IMG/VR virus record: IMGVR_UViG_3300031578_000051
Location: 1 to 51,245 of that record
Source: a virus
Taxonomy: Duplodnaviria > Caudoviricetes
Length of the DNA stretch: 51,245 nt
Direction: 5' to 3' (one strand)
Within the stretch, counting starts at the first letter, position 1, and every line of letters begins with the position of its first letter. A program made the position numbers and the translations under genes. The notes under the pieces are model-generated. The model did not search any database. It was not told where the DNA came from and was given only the letters and a program-made list of their open reading frames with translations. Positions 1 through 8,937 of this stretch are shown here, piece by piece.

Positions 1-1144
1 ATGCAGAGTAATCATAGTGATGTGTAGTTCCTGCAGATAGCCCTAACAGCGAACGTTCTACCCCTGCTTTAGTAACAGACCCACCACCAGATATTAATGC
101 AATAGTACCCTTTACCCAACTTCTGTCATCCAAGTTATATGTCCACATTCTTGTTGGATAATCATTCGCACCTATAACAATGAAGAATGTCACCTCTCTT
201 TGCTCTTGGTTAACCACACAGAAGTTTCTCTTAGCTTTAGCTTTACTTGCTGCCGTCAACTCTGATTGCAACAGTTTCTTGATGGGGTCTCCAATATGGT
301 TGAGTTCCCAACCACCGTTCCATTCATGTATGTTCCAATCACTACCTAAAATTATGTGTGATGTCCCTAAGTTAGCAATACAATGAGGCGCTCCTAGCCC
401 TATTCCTTGAACGTGTGCATTTAAAGAATATAGACCTGAGCCACCAATGTAGTCAAGTAAACAACAACTCATGTTCTTGTACACAGCAACGTAGTCTTTA
501 AGTTCTGCAGCACCTACAATCTCATTACCCATTCCTCGTGTGAAGTCATTAAATCCTGCACCTGCGTCATTAACATTATCAAAGTCTCCAAGCACTGAAT
601 GAATTTCTCTAATGGCTGTTTCAGTTCCACTTACATTATCATTAAACCCTAACAAGCGTTCCTTATATGGCACAAATATTTTAGGTCTATAATCTGCCCA
701 CCCAATAGTCTTTCCATCATCAAGAGCACTCCATGAAATTCCAAGACACTTAGCTGGGGCATCTACACCATTAGTAAACACCATATGGTTTTCTATAAAA
801 GCTAAACTTGCCCTCCCATCTACTGTTCCATTCAAACTACCTACAAGAGAGGTCCACGTGCCTGCATTATTATAATATACGTCAGTCGTTGTGACCAATA
901 TTTCATACTCTGTCAAATCAAACTGCTGATAACTGAATAATAATAAAGGCACACCTGTTATCGCACCACCTGCTGCATATGCTACATATCCTGTTCTTTT
1001 ACTTGCTACTCCATCTTTAAGTCTTATATTATTACAATTTGTGAAGGCACGTGGGTCTAACATGGTAGATGGGATATTACCTATTATACCCAAAGTAGGC
1101 GCATATATAGGAAACGGTTTTATTACTACATCTTCTTTAGCCAT
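1..1144 (-). CDS. Tail/head-stabilisation (nozzle-like) protein, 3'-truncated by window edge; allele of 45043..46848
   Basis: ATG at 1144 (MAKEDVVIKPFP...); colinear with the 601-aa ORF; absent from ORF track because its stop lies outside the window. Confidence 0.8.
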   Translation of the reverse strand, partial: MAKEDVVIKPFPIYAPTLGIIGNIPSTMLDPRAFTNCNNIRLKDGVASKRTGYVAYAAGGAITGVPLLLFSYQQFDLTEYEILVTTTDVYYNNAGTWTSLVGSLNGTVDGRASLAFIENHMVFTNGVDAPAKCLGISWSALDDGKTIGWADYRPKIFVPYKERLLGFNDNVSGTETAIREIHSVLGDFDNVNDAGAGFNDFTRGMGNEIVGAAELKDYVAVYKNMSCCLLDYIGGSGLYSLNAHVQGIGLGAPHCIANLGTSHIILGSDWNIHEWNGGWELNHIGDPIKKLLQSELTAASKAKAKRNFCVVNQEQREVTFFIVIGANDYPTRMWTYNLDDRSWVKGTIALISGGGSVTKAGVERSLLGLSAGTTHHYDYSA

Positions 1145-1423
1145 CTACTTTAACTCCTTTGTTATCGAAAAAGTTGGTGTAGAGAAGACTAGAGCTTTTA
1201 TATCTGCTTTATTCGAAACTCTAAATCCCTCTTGTATGTCATTAGCCACCAAATCTATATAAGTTTTGTATCGTTCACTCTTAATATGTGCACGATACTG
1301 TTCATGATAATCCTTATTGTAAATTCCTAGTGCTTTAAATAGTTTCTCCCATCTTGGCATAGTCTGCTTCTCCAACCAACTATCTCCTAAGAACTGGGTG
1401 TAGGGTTTCCATGTTTGAACCAC
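1145..1423 (-). CDS. Hypothetical protein; start uncertain (possible frameshift extension of upstream gene)
   Basis: Frame conserved with 46865..47038 (YKTYIDLVANDIQE in both). Confidence 0.65.
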   Translation of the reverse strand: MVQTWKPYTQFLGDSWLEKQTMPRWEKLFKALGIYNKDYHEQYRAHIKSERYKTYIDLVANDIQEGFRVSNKADIKALVFSTPTFSITKELK

Positions 1424-1665
1424 CCAACTGCGTTGAAGAAACCTACTGCTATATCTATAAAACTACCAACAATACCTAATAACTTTTCCCTAGTTATAAC
1501 TGTAATCTGTAACTGGTCATAGAATGAACCAATTGCATCTAGTATGACCTGTTTCTTCTCTTTACCAAAACCTGGAGTTTCAAACGATTGTATTAAAGTT
1601 AGAACTATAGGAACTATACTTAATAACATCTGTAACACTTTAAGTATCTGAGCCATTAATCTCAC
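1387..1665 (-). CDS. Small membrane protein, holin-like
   Basis: Two hydrophobic segments; in lysis cluster; allele at 47071..47340. Confidence 0.55.
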   Translation of the reverse strand: MRLMAQILKVLQMLLSIVPIVLTLIQSFETPGFGKEKKQVILDAIGSFYDQLQITVITREKLLGIVGSFIDIAVGFFNAVGWFKHGNPTPSS

Positions 1666-1684
1666 CTCCTTCCTTATTTTAATA

Positions 1685-1981
1685 TTATTTAGTTACGAAC
1701 CAAATCACTCCAGCTGCTAGTATAAGAATAATAACTCCAAGTACCCACGCTGAAGTTACACTTACAGGTTTAACAGGTATAACAATTGGAGGAACCACAA
1801 CACCCTGTATCTTGTCTAATTCTGTTTCAGTGTAAGGCTTTCCAGTTGCTGGATTTTTATAATCTGTCACAATAAATGTTTTACCATCTGCTGTCCACCA
1901 ACCAGCGTTGTAATATTCTCCAGGACATCCTGTATTACTCCACATAGTTCCGTGCCATCGATACTTTCCCATCTTTTTCAC
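1685..1981 (-). CDS. Hypothetical protein with C-terminal transmembrane anchor
   Basis: WVLGVIILILAAGVIWFV C-terminus; directly after endolysin. Confidence 0.7.
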   Translation of the reverse strand: MKKMGKYRWHGTMWSNTGCPGEYYNAGWWTADGKTFIVTDYKNPATGKPYTETELDKIQGVVVPPIVIPVKPVSVTSAWVLGVIILILAAGVIWFVTK

Positions 1982-2430
1982 CTCCCTTCTTTTATTAGTT
2001 TAACATACTTAATAGCATCTTTAAACTTCTTAAAGTAAATGAAATCCTTTCCTCTACATTTAACCCACGCTTCACTTGGCATAGGTCTAAAAGTATCAGT
2101 GTGTACATGCCCACTATCAGGATATAATCCTATTCTGTCAAAGCCTATGTTCTTAGCTTCCTCAGCAAGTTCAATTACACTCATCCCAGGGGATTTAATG
2201 TCCCAAGCTTTAGCAAACAAATGAGCAGAGTTCCAATACCCACCTATAGATTTGTTGTATCTAGGACACCGTATACCTCCACCTTTAGATACGTAAATAG
2301 GTTGGTCTATATAATCTCTAAGACTCTGTAACAGGTATATAGAACGTGCATCAACTGGTCTATCCTTACCACACCCACAAGGGCATCGAATTTCAGCAAA
2401 TTTAAAATCTTTAGTTATATATAATGACAT
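1978..2430 (-). CDS. Peptidase M15A-family endolysin
   Basis: FAEIRCPCGCG, RCPRYN, SAHLFAKAWDI (SxHxxxxAxD) and HVHTD motifs. Confidence 0.88.
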   Translation of the reverse strand: MSLYITKDFKFAEIRCPCGCGKDRPVDARSIYLLQSLRDYIDQPIYVSKGGGIRCPRYNKSIGGYWNSAHLFAKAWDIKSPGMSVIELAEEAKNIGFDRIGLYPDSGHVHTDTFRPMPSEAWVKCRGKDFIYFKKFKDAIKYVKLIKEGR

Positions 2431-2439
2431 AGCTACTCC

Positions 2440-2655
2440 CTATTTACTATTCATCCTTGCAATCTCAATTGTTAGCCTATCTATTGCGTCTTTAACACCT
2501 TTCGTATTTGCAGAGTCAGTACTTACAATCGCAGTTAAATCTTTCACTACATCAGTTAATGCATTTAATCTAGGTTCTATTCTTAGTAAAACATAAGTTG
2601 CCACCGCAATAGGAAAACCAACTGTTGGTATCCACTTAAATAAAATCTCTTCCAT
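2440..2655 (-). CDS. YvrJ-like small membrane protein (putative holin)
   Basis: VGFPIAVATYVLLRIE followed by coiled coil; immediately upstream of endolysin. Confidence 0.7.
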   Translation of the reverse strand: MEEILFKWIPTVGFPIAVATYVLLRIEPRLNALTDVVKDLTAIVSTDSANTKGVKDAIDRLTIEIARMNSK

Positions 2656-2688
2656 TATATCATCTCCTTATTTATTTGCATAAATGTT

Positions 2689-5565
2689 TTAGTATTTTGA
2701 AACTAATTTAATTTGCAAGAATGTGTTAGATGCACCATACCATAAATCAACTGTATTTGCCCCAGAGTCACTATAACCATACAATGTTATAACAGCATCT
2801 TTGCTTAAAGCTATATTTGTTGTACTTGTATTATGAATATCTTTTGCAACAGATGTATGCATCCAATTTCGGATAACTTCCGTCCCATCTTTTCTGAGTT
2901 CAAATCCTAATCGTTTATCTACTATAACTGATGCACCAACCCAATTTAGGTTTATAATAGTATTATAATAACCAGAAACAGGTGCGACAAATCTGGATTT
3001 TTTAATTTCATATCCTTCCGTATTTACAAAAATATCATTTCTAACTGTTACATCTGTAACAGAATTATATGCAGTAATATATGTATAAGTAGTATCAGTA
3101 GTATTTTTTACCCTTGTATTTACCATTGCAGCAGTGAAAGCTCCACCAGTATCTACTAAATGATTCGCTGAGGTTGATGTTGCATTTCCAGAAACCCAAG
3201 TAGAAATATCAAAATTATTCCCTATATTATAGGTTTCTGTATTAAGTTCAACCCTTAGAAATGTTGCATCGGTAAAATCTTCTTGGAGTGCATTTGAATA
3301 AACGTGACACATTGGCACCTGTCCCAATCTCTCATTAATACATTGCCAATTAGCATTATCACTTACAAGAGTTGCTTCTGCACAATAAGTATTTAACCTT
3401 ACATAGGTTAGAGTAGGTGCACCTGTTGCATTTTCATAATTAATCGTTTCAGTGCCATCACCGTCAATAGTAATAAGTGTATAATTAGCGTCAGTCTTAA
3501 TGAAGTGATAAGTAAGCCCCATATTGCCTACAGCAGTTGGTAACGTAATAGTATACGCACCACCAGCAGCACTACATAATATTGTTCCTGCTTCATTTAC
3601 ATTTAAAGTAGCCGTAGTAGTTTTAGCAGTAACAGCAGTATCAAACCTTAATTTACCTGCACCTATCTCATTGCTTATTACCCCTGCAAGTTCGGCAGAG
3701 GTGGTTGCGGCAAAGGCACTTAACTTATCTGTATGTTTACCAAATGTTGCCTCAAAGGTAGCGTCAAGGTCTGTATCAGTATTTTGTGTATGTAAATCAG
3801 CAGTAGCTGCAAAGCCAGTATGTCCAGCAGCAGCATAATCAAGGTTAGATAAATTTGCGTGATTACTTACAGCAGTACCAGTAAAGAAAGTTTCAGTTAC
3901 CATTTGTATAGCAGCAAAACTACCACCAGCTTGAGGTGCAACAATCTTTCCGATTAATGCTCCGAAGTTAGTCAAGTGTGTAGGTCTTGTAGGTTCACCT
4001 TCTGCTTCGGCAGCAGCAAGAGAATAACTATCTCTGCCATAAACAACATAAACGTGACTATCATCAGCGTGTCTGTATACCCAATGTGTACCATATTTCG
4101 CCACACCTACATCTCCAAGAGTTCCATCTCCATCATCATAGTGTGCAAAATCTATCACATTACTTTCTGCACCTTCTGTCCAGCCACCACTGCCATTTTG
4201 ATAAACAGGTGTGAATGTAGTTGTAGCAGAGTCATAAGAAGCCATTTCAAATAAATTTATTCCGCTAAAGGCATAACCTGTTTCCATTGTGAAGTTATTT
4301 GTTCCGCTATAAGCTATTGCAGAACCACCATCTAATTCTACTTGCCTTAATGTCTTTGCCCTTCTGTGTAATTTAGCCACTCCATCTTGAAGTCGTAGCC
4401 CACTACTTATAAAATGAACATTATTAGAGGCATCCTTCATCACAGAGCCTATATAAATATTCGTTGTATTATTAGGCATACTTGTTTCTATTGTTATCGT
4501 TGGTGTTCCAGCATAATTAAGCACAATATAATAAAATGTATTGGCAGCAGTTATCGCCTGATTATCTTGCACGGCAAGGGTTTTATAAGTTAATGCACCT
4601 ACAGCACTATCGGTTGCCCGAAGCAATGCAGTAAGAGCAGCCACCTTAAATGTGCCTGCATTGGTGCCTACAGTTATCGCACCTCCCGTAACTATCATAG
4701 GACTATCAGTATAATTATTTACAGCTTCTAAATCATCTACATCTAAATCTATCTTTGTCTCTGTTAGTGTCCTGACTGCATAGGTATCATTATCGGTTAA
4801 TTTAATAAATGAAGGTGATGCATAAGTAAGAGCTGATATAGAAGTGAGGGCTGCGTCATATGCCTGAACATTAGTTCCGATAGCCAAGCCTAAAGAAGTC
4901 CTTGCAGTTGCACCACTTTCAGCTACCCAGTTTGTGCCATTACCTACAATAAAATTACTATCAGTAACGGCAAGTGCTGCTATGTCGGCAAGTTGTGCGT
5001 CATAAGCCTGAACATCTGTGCCTATTTCTAAATTAACCGTTCCCTTAAATGTTGCCTCATCAGCGTCATCAATAATACTTCTGCCAAAGGCAGTTAAAGC
5101 AGTCTCTGCCCAAGTATCTACATTTGTAGTATATGCTATCTTATCAGCAGCAGTACCAAGTGCAGCAATACTTAATAGAGTTGCATCATATGCTTGTATA
5201 TTCGTACCGATAACCAAGCCAAGTGTAGTTCTTGCTGCAGAAGCATCTGCATCATCTATCAACGTTCCTCCATAAGCTGATATACCATCAAGATACCCAA
5301 ACTCTGTTGCATCTACTCCTTCAATATTAAATGTTGATATATCTAAATTTGCACGCAAGACAGGCGAAAGGTCATATGCTAACACATCATTTGCAAACGC
5401 CTCTAATATATCAGAGTTGGCATTTATGTCATCTAATATATCTACATTCTCAGTCCAAACAGGTTTTACTAATCCTAAATCAGTTGTAGTAGTCCTCGCA
5501 AATGCAAACAAACAAGTAAGTATTAAAACAGACATTACAGTTATAACAATATTCTTTTTATTCAT
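2689..5565 (-). CDS. Tail fibre/receptor-binding protein variant A (958 aa), with N-terminal signal peptide and C1q-like C-terminus
   Basis: Repeated LGLxIGTxVQAYD motifs; A/T/G-rich; RFVAPVSGYY C1q-like motif; position between adaptor and lysis genes. Confidence 0.8.
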   Translation of the reverse strand: MNKKNIVITVMSVLILTCLFAFARTTTTDLGLVKPVWTENVDILDDINANSDILEAFANDVLAYDLSPVLRANLDISTFNIEGVDATEFGYLDGISAYGGTLIDDADASAARTTLGLVIGTNIQAYDATLLSIAALGTAADKIAYTTNVDTWAETALTAFGRSIIDDADEATFKGTVNLEIGTDVQAYDAQLADIAALAVTDSNFIVGNGTNWVAESGATARTSLGLAIGTNVQAYDAALTSISALTYASPSFIKLTDNDTYAVRTLTETKIDLDVDDLEAVNNYTDSPMIVTGGAITVGTNAGTFKVAALTALLRATDSAVGALTYKTLAVQDNQAITAANTFYYIVLNYAGTPTITIETSMPNNTTNIYIGSVMKDASNNVHFISSGLRLQDGVAKLHRRAKTLRQVELDGGSAIAYSGTNNFTMETGYAFSGINLFEMASYDSATTTFTPVYQNGSGGWTEGAESNVIDFAHYDDGDGTLGDVGVAKYGTHWVYRHADDSHVYVVYGRDSYSLAAAEAEGEPTRPTHLTNFGALIGKIVAPQAGGSFAAIQMVTETFFTGTAVSNHANLSNLDYAAAGHTGFAATADLHTQNTDTDLDATFEATFGKHTDKLSAFAATTSAELAGVISNEIGAGKLRFDTAVTAKTTTATLNVNEAGTILCSAAGGAYTITLPTAVGNMGLTYHFIKTDANYTLITIDGDGTETINYENATGAPTLTYVRLNTYCAEATLVSDNANWQCINERLGQVPMCHVYSNALQEDFTDATFLRVELNTETYNIGNNFDISTWVSGNATSTSANHLVDTGGAFTAAMVNTRVKNTTDTTYTYITAYNSVTDVTVRNDIFVNTEGYEIKKSRFVAPVSGYYNTIINLNWVGASVIVDKRLGFELRKDGTEVIRNWMHTSVAKDIHNTSTTNIALSKDAVITLYGYSDSGANTVDLWYGASNTFLQIKLVSKY

Positions 5566-5846
5566 GCACTCACCTCATAATACGTAGTATCTGGACCAAG
5601 CACACTATAAAATGATGTGCTTGGCTCAGGCACCATGTAATAAAATGTAACAGTACCTCTCACTGCACCTAACTTCTTCCATGTGGTTAAGCCCAATTCT
5701 TTTAGCTTTGCCCATGTCTTTGCATCTTGATTAGCAAGGGATAACCACGTACGTATGGCTATAATAGAAGACTCATACCATGTTTTAGGTGCAACAGTTG
5801 TCACATAATAGCTGGGGGAAGGGTTAGATACTGTATAATAATCCAT
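5562..5846 (-). CDS. Hypothetical virion-associated protein
   Basis: Near-identical in both copies; coupled to fibre gene. Confidence 0.75.
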   Translation of the reverse strand: MDYYTVSNPSPSYYVTTVAPKTWYESSIIAIRTWLSLANQDAKTWAKLKELGLTTWKKLGAVRGTVTFYYMVPEPSTSFYSVLGPDTTYYEVSA

Positions 5847-5847
5847 G

Positions 5848-6789
5848 TTATCCCCTTATAAAAGGATACTTATATGCTTCAGCCATCATATTGCTACTTC
5901 TAAATCCCTGAGAGCCATACCCCTTCGCAACTGGTGCATAGTCAGGTCTTATTCTATCAACTGCTTTATGTGCTGCAAGCATACCTATAAAATAATCCTG
6001 TGCAGCATCCCTTAACTTTAATTCACCAAGAGCATGCCACCCTTCTACTATAGTTGCGGCAACTATTAAATCATCTATACGTGCAACTTCAGGTGTTTCA
6101 CCAGCAGCCAACTCTGCCTGCCACTTTATATATCTTATATCCATTGTATATCTTACATCTGGAGGGCTTGTTAACTCAAATATATCTGCTTTATCTACAT
6201 ACCCTTCTGCCATTCCTGGAGACAAAGTAGATGTATCTGGTGCTTGTGTGTCAAACTCTTTCTCAGGAGTATAGGTAAGTATCCTACTATTCTCGCTATT
6301 AAATATTTCCATAACATGTGTGCCACTACCTTGGCCTGTTAAAGTCATTGCAGTTCCTGCAGCAGCAAGAGCAGCAGTTGTTGCCAATTTAATAGTGGTA
6401 GCAGATACATTGATAGCATAATATGTAGTACCTGTTGTAACTCCACCAGGAGGGTCAGAATTTAAGAATATTAGTCTAGTTCCCGTTGCAATATTTGTAT
6501 CTAATGTTATTATCCCCGTAGCTACCACAACAGCAGTATAAGCAAACGTAGTCATAATGTGGTCCATCAGTCTAAACGTTCTGACATACTTTAAGTCAGT
6601 TGGAAACGCATACTCCGTCTGTCCTACAACACAAGCAGCCTTTACATGTTTACCAAGACCTTTTAAGTCACAAAATCTATCTATTCGTGTAAGTCCCCAG
6701 TTTAACCATATCGCTATTCTTGCATTAAGGTCTTCTCTAACCATCTGTGCAGCTATTTCGGTTATTAAAGTAGTTTGAGTTAAAGGCAT
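5848..6789 (-). CDS. Head-tail adaptor / tail tubular protein A-like, with inserted domain
   Basis: TLITEI...WLNWG...VVGQTEYAFPTD pattern typical of adaptors; position after capsid genes. Confidence 0.7.
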   Translation of the reverse strand: MPLTQTTLITEIAAQMVREDLNARIAIWLNWGLTRIDRFCDLKGLGKHVKAACVVGQTEYAFPTDLKYVRTFRLMDHIMTTFAYTAVVVATGIITLDTNIATGTRLIFLNSDPPGGVTTGTTYYAINVSATTIKLATTAALAAAGTAMTLTGQGSGTHVMEIFNSENSRILTYTPEKEFDTQAPDTSTLSPGMAEGYVDKADIFELTSPPDVRYTMDIRYIKWQAELAAGETPEVARIDDLIVAATIVEGWHALGELKLRDAAQDYFIGMLAAHKAVDRIRPDYAPVAKGYGSQGFRSSNMMAEAYKYPFIRG

Positions 6790-6803
6790 TTTACTTCTCC
6801 TCT

Positions 6804-6833
6804 AAAAAAGATAGGGGGAATTTCACCCCCTGT
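6804..6833 (-). terminator. Rho-independent terminator after capsid-accessory genes
   Basis: ACAGGGGG-tgaaatt-CCCCCTAT followed by CTTTTTT on minus strand. Confidence 0.75.
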
Positions 6834-6837
6834 TATA

Positions 6838-7110
6838 TTAACCTAGACTATAGTATACCATGCAAGGATTGCTACTATTAGCAACATACAATCCATTAGT
6901 ACACTCTATCCCAGGCTTGGGAAGCATTACTGTAATGCCAACTCCCCAACACACCTTGTTGGCATCAGCAAGACTTGCAACACCTTCAATGTTATATATA
7001 CTCATTGTCTTTGTAGCAGTTGCAGTCATACCTATTAGATAACATTTCCCTACGTGCACCTGAGTGTCCACTGCTAAATATTTTGCTAAAATCTTCATCC
7101 TTTGTTTCAC
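6838..7110 (-). CDS. Small putative virion protein
   Basis: In structural operon; beta-rich; true start may be the second Met. Confidence 0.65.
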   Translation of the reverse strand: MKQRMKILAKYLAVDTQVHVGKCYLIGMTATATKTMSIYNIEGVASLADANKVCWGVGITVMLPKPGIECTNGLYVANSSNPCMVYYSLG

Positions 7111-7168
7111 CTTCTTTCATGTATTTTAATTGTGGCATTTTAGGTTCAATGCCACAAAACCTTTTAAC

Positions 7169-8029
7169 TTATGGACTAATCTGTAACATAATCAACTCTG
7201 TACCAGAAACACCTGAAGCAAACCTTGGAATGATAAACCCAGCAAGTTGATGGTCATCACTAGCAGCTCCTGGGCCATGTGCAGCATCCTCTTCTATACA
7301 TATTGAACCTTCAACATCAAAGACTACTCTGCGTTCACCTCCTAGTGCACCAGCGGCCGCTAAACTTGAACCATGAGGATTAATCCAAATCGGTCCCCAT
7401 GTTTGAATCCAAATGTATGTATCGGCTACAGTAGTCACAACAAACGATATTCCAGCTACAGATGAAAAGTCATCTCCTGCCAAGCCTCCCGACGGGCCAG
7501 CAGTTAATCGTACACTATTATAAGGGTTGTGAAGAACTTCAATGAAGGTAGCTCCTGATGTAACAATTGCTGACAAGGGTGCATCAAGAGTGATTATAGT
7601 ATATCCTCCGCTAGTAACCGTGTTGCCTAAAATTCCTCGAAACTGGTTGTAAGTGCCATGAATCATGACATAGCCACCAAGATATTCATCCTTAACAGCA
7701 CCAGCATCAGCCATTTTAATTGTTGTATCGCCAACCGCCTGAGTTTGAGCCACAGTGGTTGCTAGTCCATCACCAGTCTGGTACCAAAACTTTAGTCCAA
7801 AGTGTCGATTCGAAACGATATTAGTCGCTTTCGCATACCTAAACACCCTTCCATCTTCAAGTACCAATCGAGTTCCTACAGTGTACTGTGGTGTTAATTT
7901 CGTTTCCCAGATGCGATGACCTGTGTTTCCTCCAAGCAGCCCACCCATTGGCACTTGATACATGTCCCCCCTGAATAGCGTGCCATTACCATCAGGCGCA
8001 TTTCTTGCATACTTTAATCTATGTCTCAT
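7169..8029 (-). CDS. Putative capsid decoration/minor capsid protein 2
   Basis: EDGRVFRYAKA and WIQTWG motifs shared with 8141..8875. Confidence 0.65.
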   Translation of the reverse strand: MRHRLKYARNAPDGNGTLFRGDMYQVPMGGLLGGNTGHRIWETKLTPQYTVGTRLVLEDGRVFRYAKATNIVSNRHFGLKFWYQTGDGLATTVAQTQAVGDTTIKMADAGAVKDEYLGGYVMIHGTYNQFRGILGNTVTSGGYTIITLDAPLSAIVTSGATFIEVLHNPYNSVRLTAGPSGGLAGDDFSSVAGISFVVTTVADTYIWIQTWGPIWINPHGSSLAAAGALGGERRVVFDVEGSICIEEDAAHGPGAASDDHQLAGFIIPRFASGVSGTELIMLQISP

Positions 8030-8053
8030 AATATTCTTCTCCTTTTTTAATTT

Positions 8054-8088
8054 ACATTCTCAAATTCAAATTTTGAACTTGATAATGT
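8054..8088. promoter_or_regulatory. 35-bp dispersed palindrome, copy 1
   Basis: ACATTCTCAAATTCAAATTTTGAACTTGATAATGT. Confidence 0.85.
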
Positions 8089-8100
8089 TTTGGTAGAATG

Positions 8101-8129
8101 AGAGGGAGAGCTCATAACTCTCCCCCTTC
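8101..8129 (-). terminator. Stem-loop after decoration gene 1
   Basis: GGGAGAG...CTCTCCC inverted repeat just past the stop; weak U-tract. Confidence 0.55.
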
Positions 8130-8140
8130 GTGTAACTACC

Positions 8141-8875
8141 TTATTCCAGTTTCAAATTAATTACAGCATACTCACTGGCCGCACATACAGACACTAACTC
8201 TCCATATACAGGATGGACATCTGCGGCATTCTGTACCATAGAACCTGCAACAGTGGCACCACGTATAACGTTATTACCAACTATTAGAGTAACAGTACTA
8301 TCTGCAAGTATTGGACAATATCCACGAGTCTGTGCCCAGAAGTAATATCCTCCAATTGTAATAGTAATTAGTGGAACACCAACAGGAACACCAGTTGGAG
8401 TAGTAGCAATTACAGTAACTACATCTAAGTACTTATTCTTAATCAATGATATCTCAGATGCAGCTGGAATTGCTGTTACTATTGGGTCATATAACCAAAG
8501 TTTGCACGGACTATAAGCAGCAGTATTCTTTCTAATCCTATACATCTGCCCTAAGCCTGTGCCTACATTACAAATCATATAACCATCTGCATACTCATTT
8601 GATGTAGGTGCAGCAGTTAACAATACACTAATATTGTCTTTTTGCCCTATGGAAAGACCATAACCAGTTTGCAATTGTTCACTATGATTTGTATCTATTG
8701 CTGAAGCCTGAACTACAGTCCCTTTGGTAACTGCACCACTTGCTTTGCAATATCTAAATCTTCTTCCGTCTTCAAAATCTATAAATCTACCTAAGTCTGT
8801 CATTTGGACAGAACTTTCAGAATAGATACCTTGTCTAATGGCTATACCATTAGCACCTAAAATTACATTACCCAC
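8141..8875 (-). CDS. Putative capsid decoration/minor capsid protein 1
   Basis: Directly after major capsid gene; EDGRRFRYCKA and WAQTRG motifs. Confidence 0.65.
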   Translation of the reverse strand: MGNVILGANGIAIRQGIYSESSVQMTDLGRFIDFEDGRRFRYCKASGAVTKGTVVQASAIDTNHSEQLQTGYGLSIGQKDNISVLLTAAPTSNEYADGYMICNVGTGLGQMYRIRKNTAAYSPCKLWLYDPIVTAIPAASEISLIKNKYLDVVTVIATTPTGVPVGVPLITITIGGYYFWAQTRGYCPILADSTVTLIVGNNVIRGATVAGSMVQNAADVHPVYGELVSVCAASEYAVINLKLE

Positions 8876-8937
8876 TTAAATCATCTCCTTTTGATTTTTT
8901 GGCTATCTCAGAAGTACCATTGGCTTGGTACTCAGGA

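Larger units (their letters stand above)
1..6213. repeat. Copy 1 of diverged duplicated tail/lysis module
   Basis: Position 1 aligns to 45390 and 6213 to 51245; same gene order. Confidence 0.95.

Noticed and set aside
2689-5565. Diversity-generating retroelement or invertase-driven fibre switching
   Set aside because: No reverse transcriptase or invertase recognised; alleles differ by whole domains in the same orientation, not by adenine-specific changes
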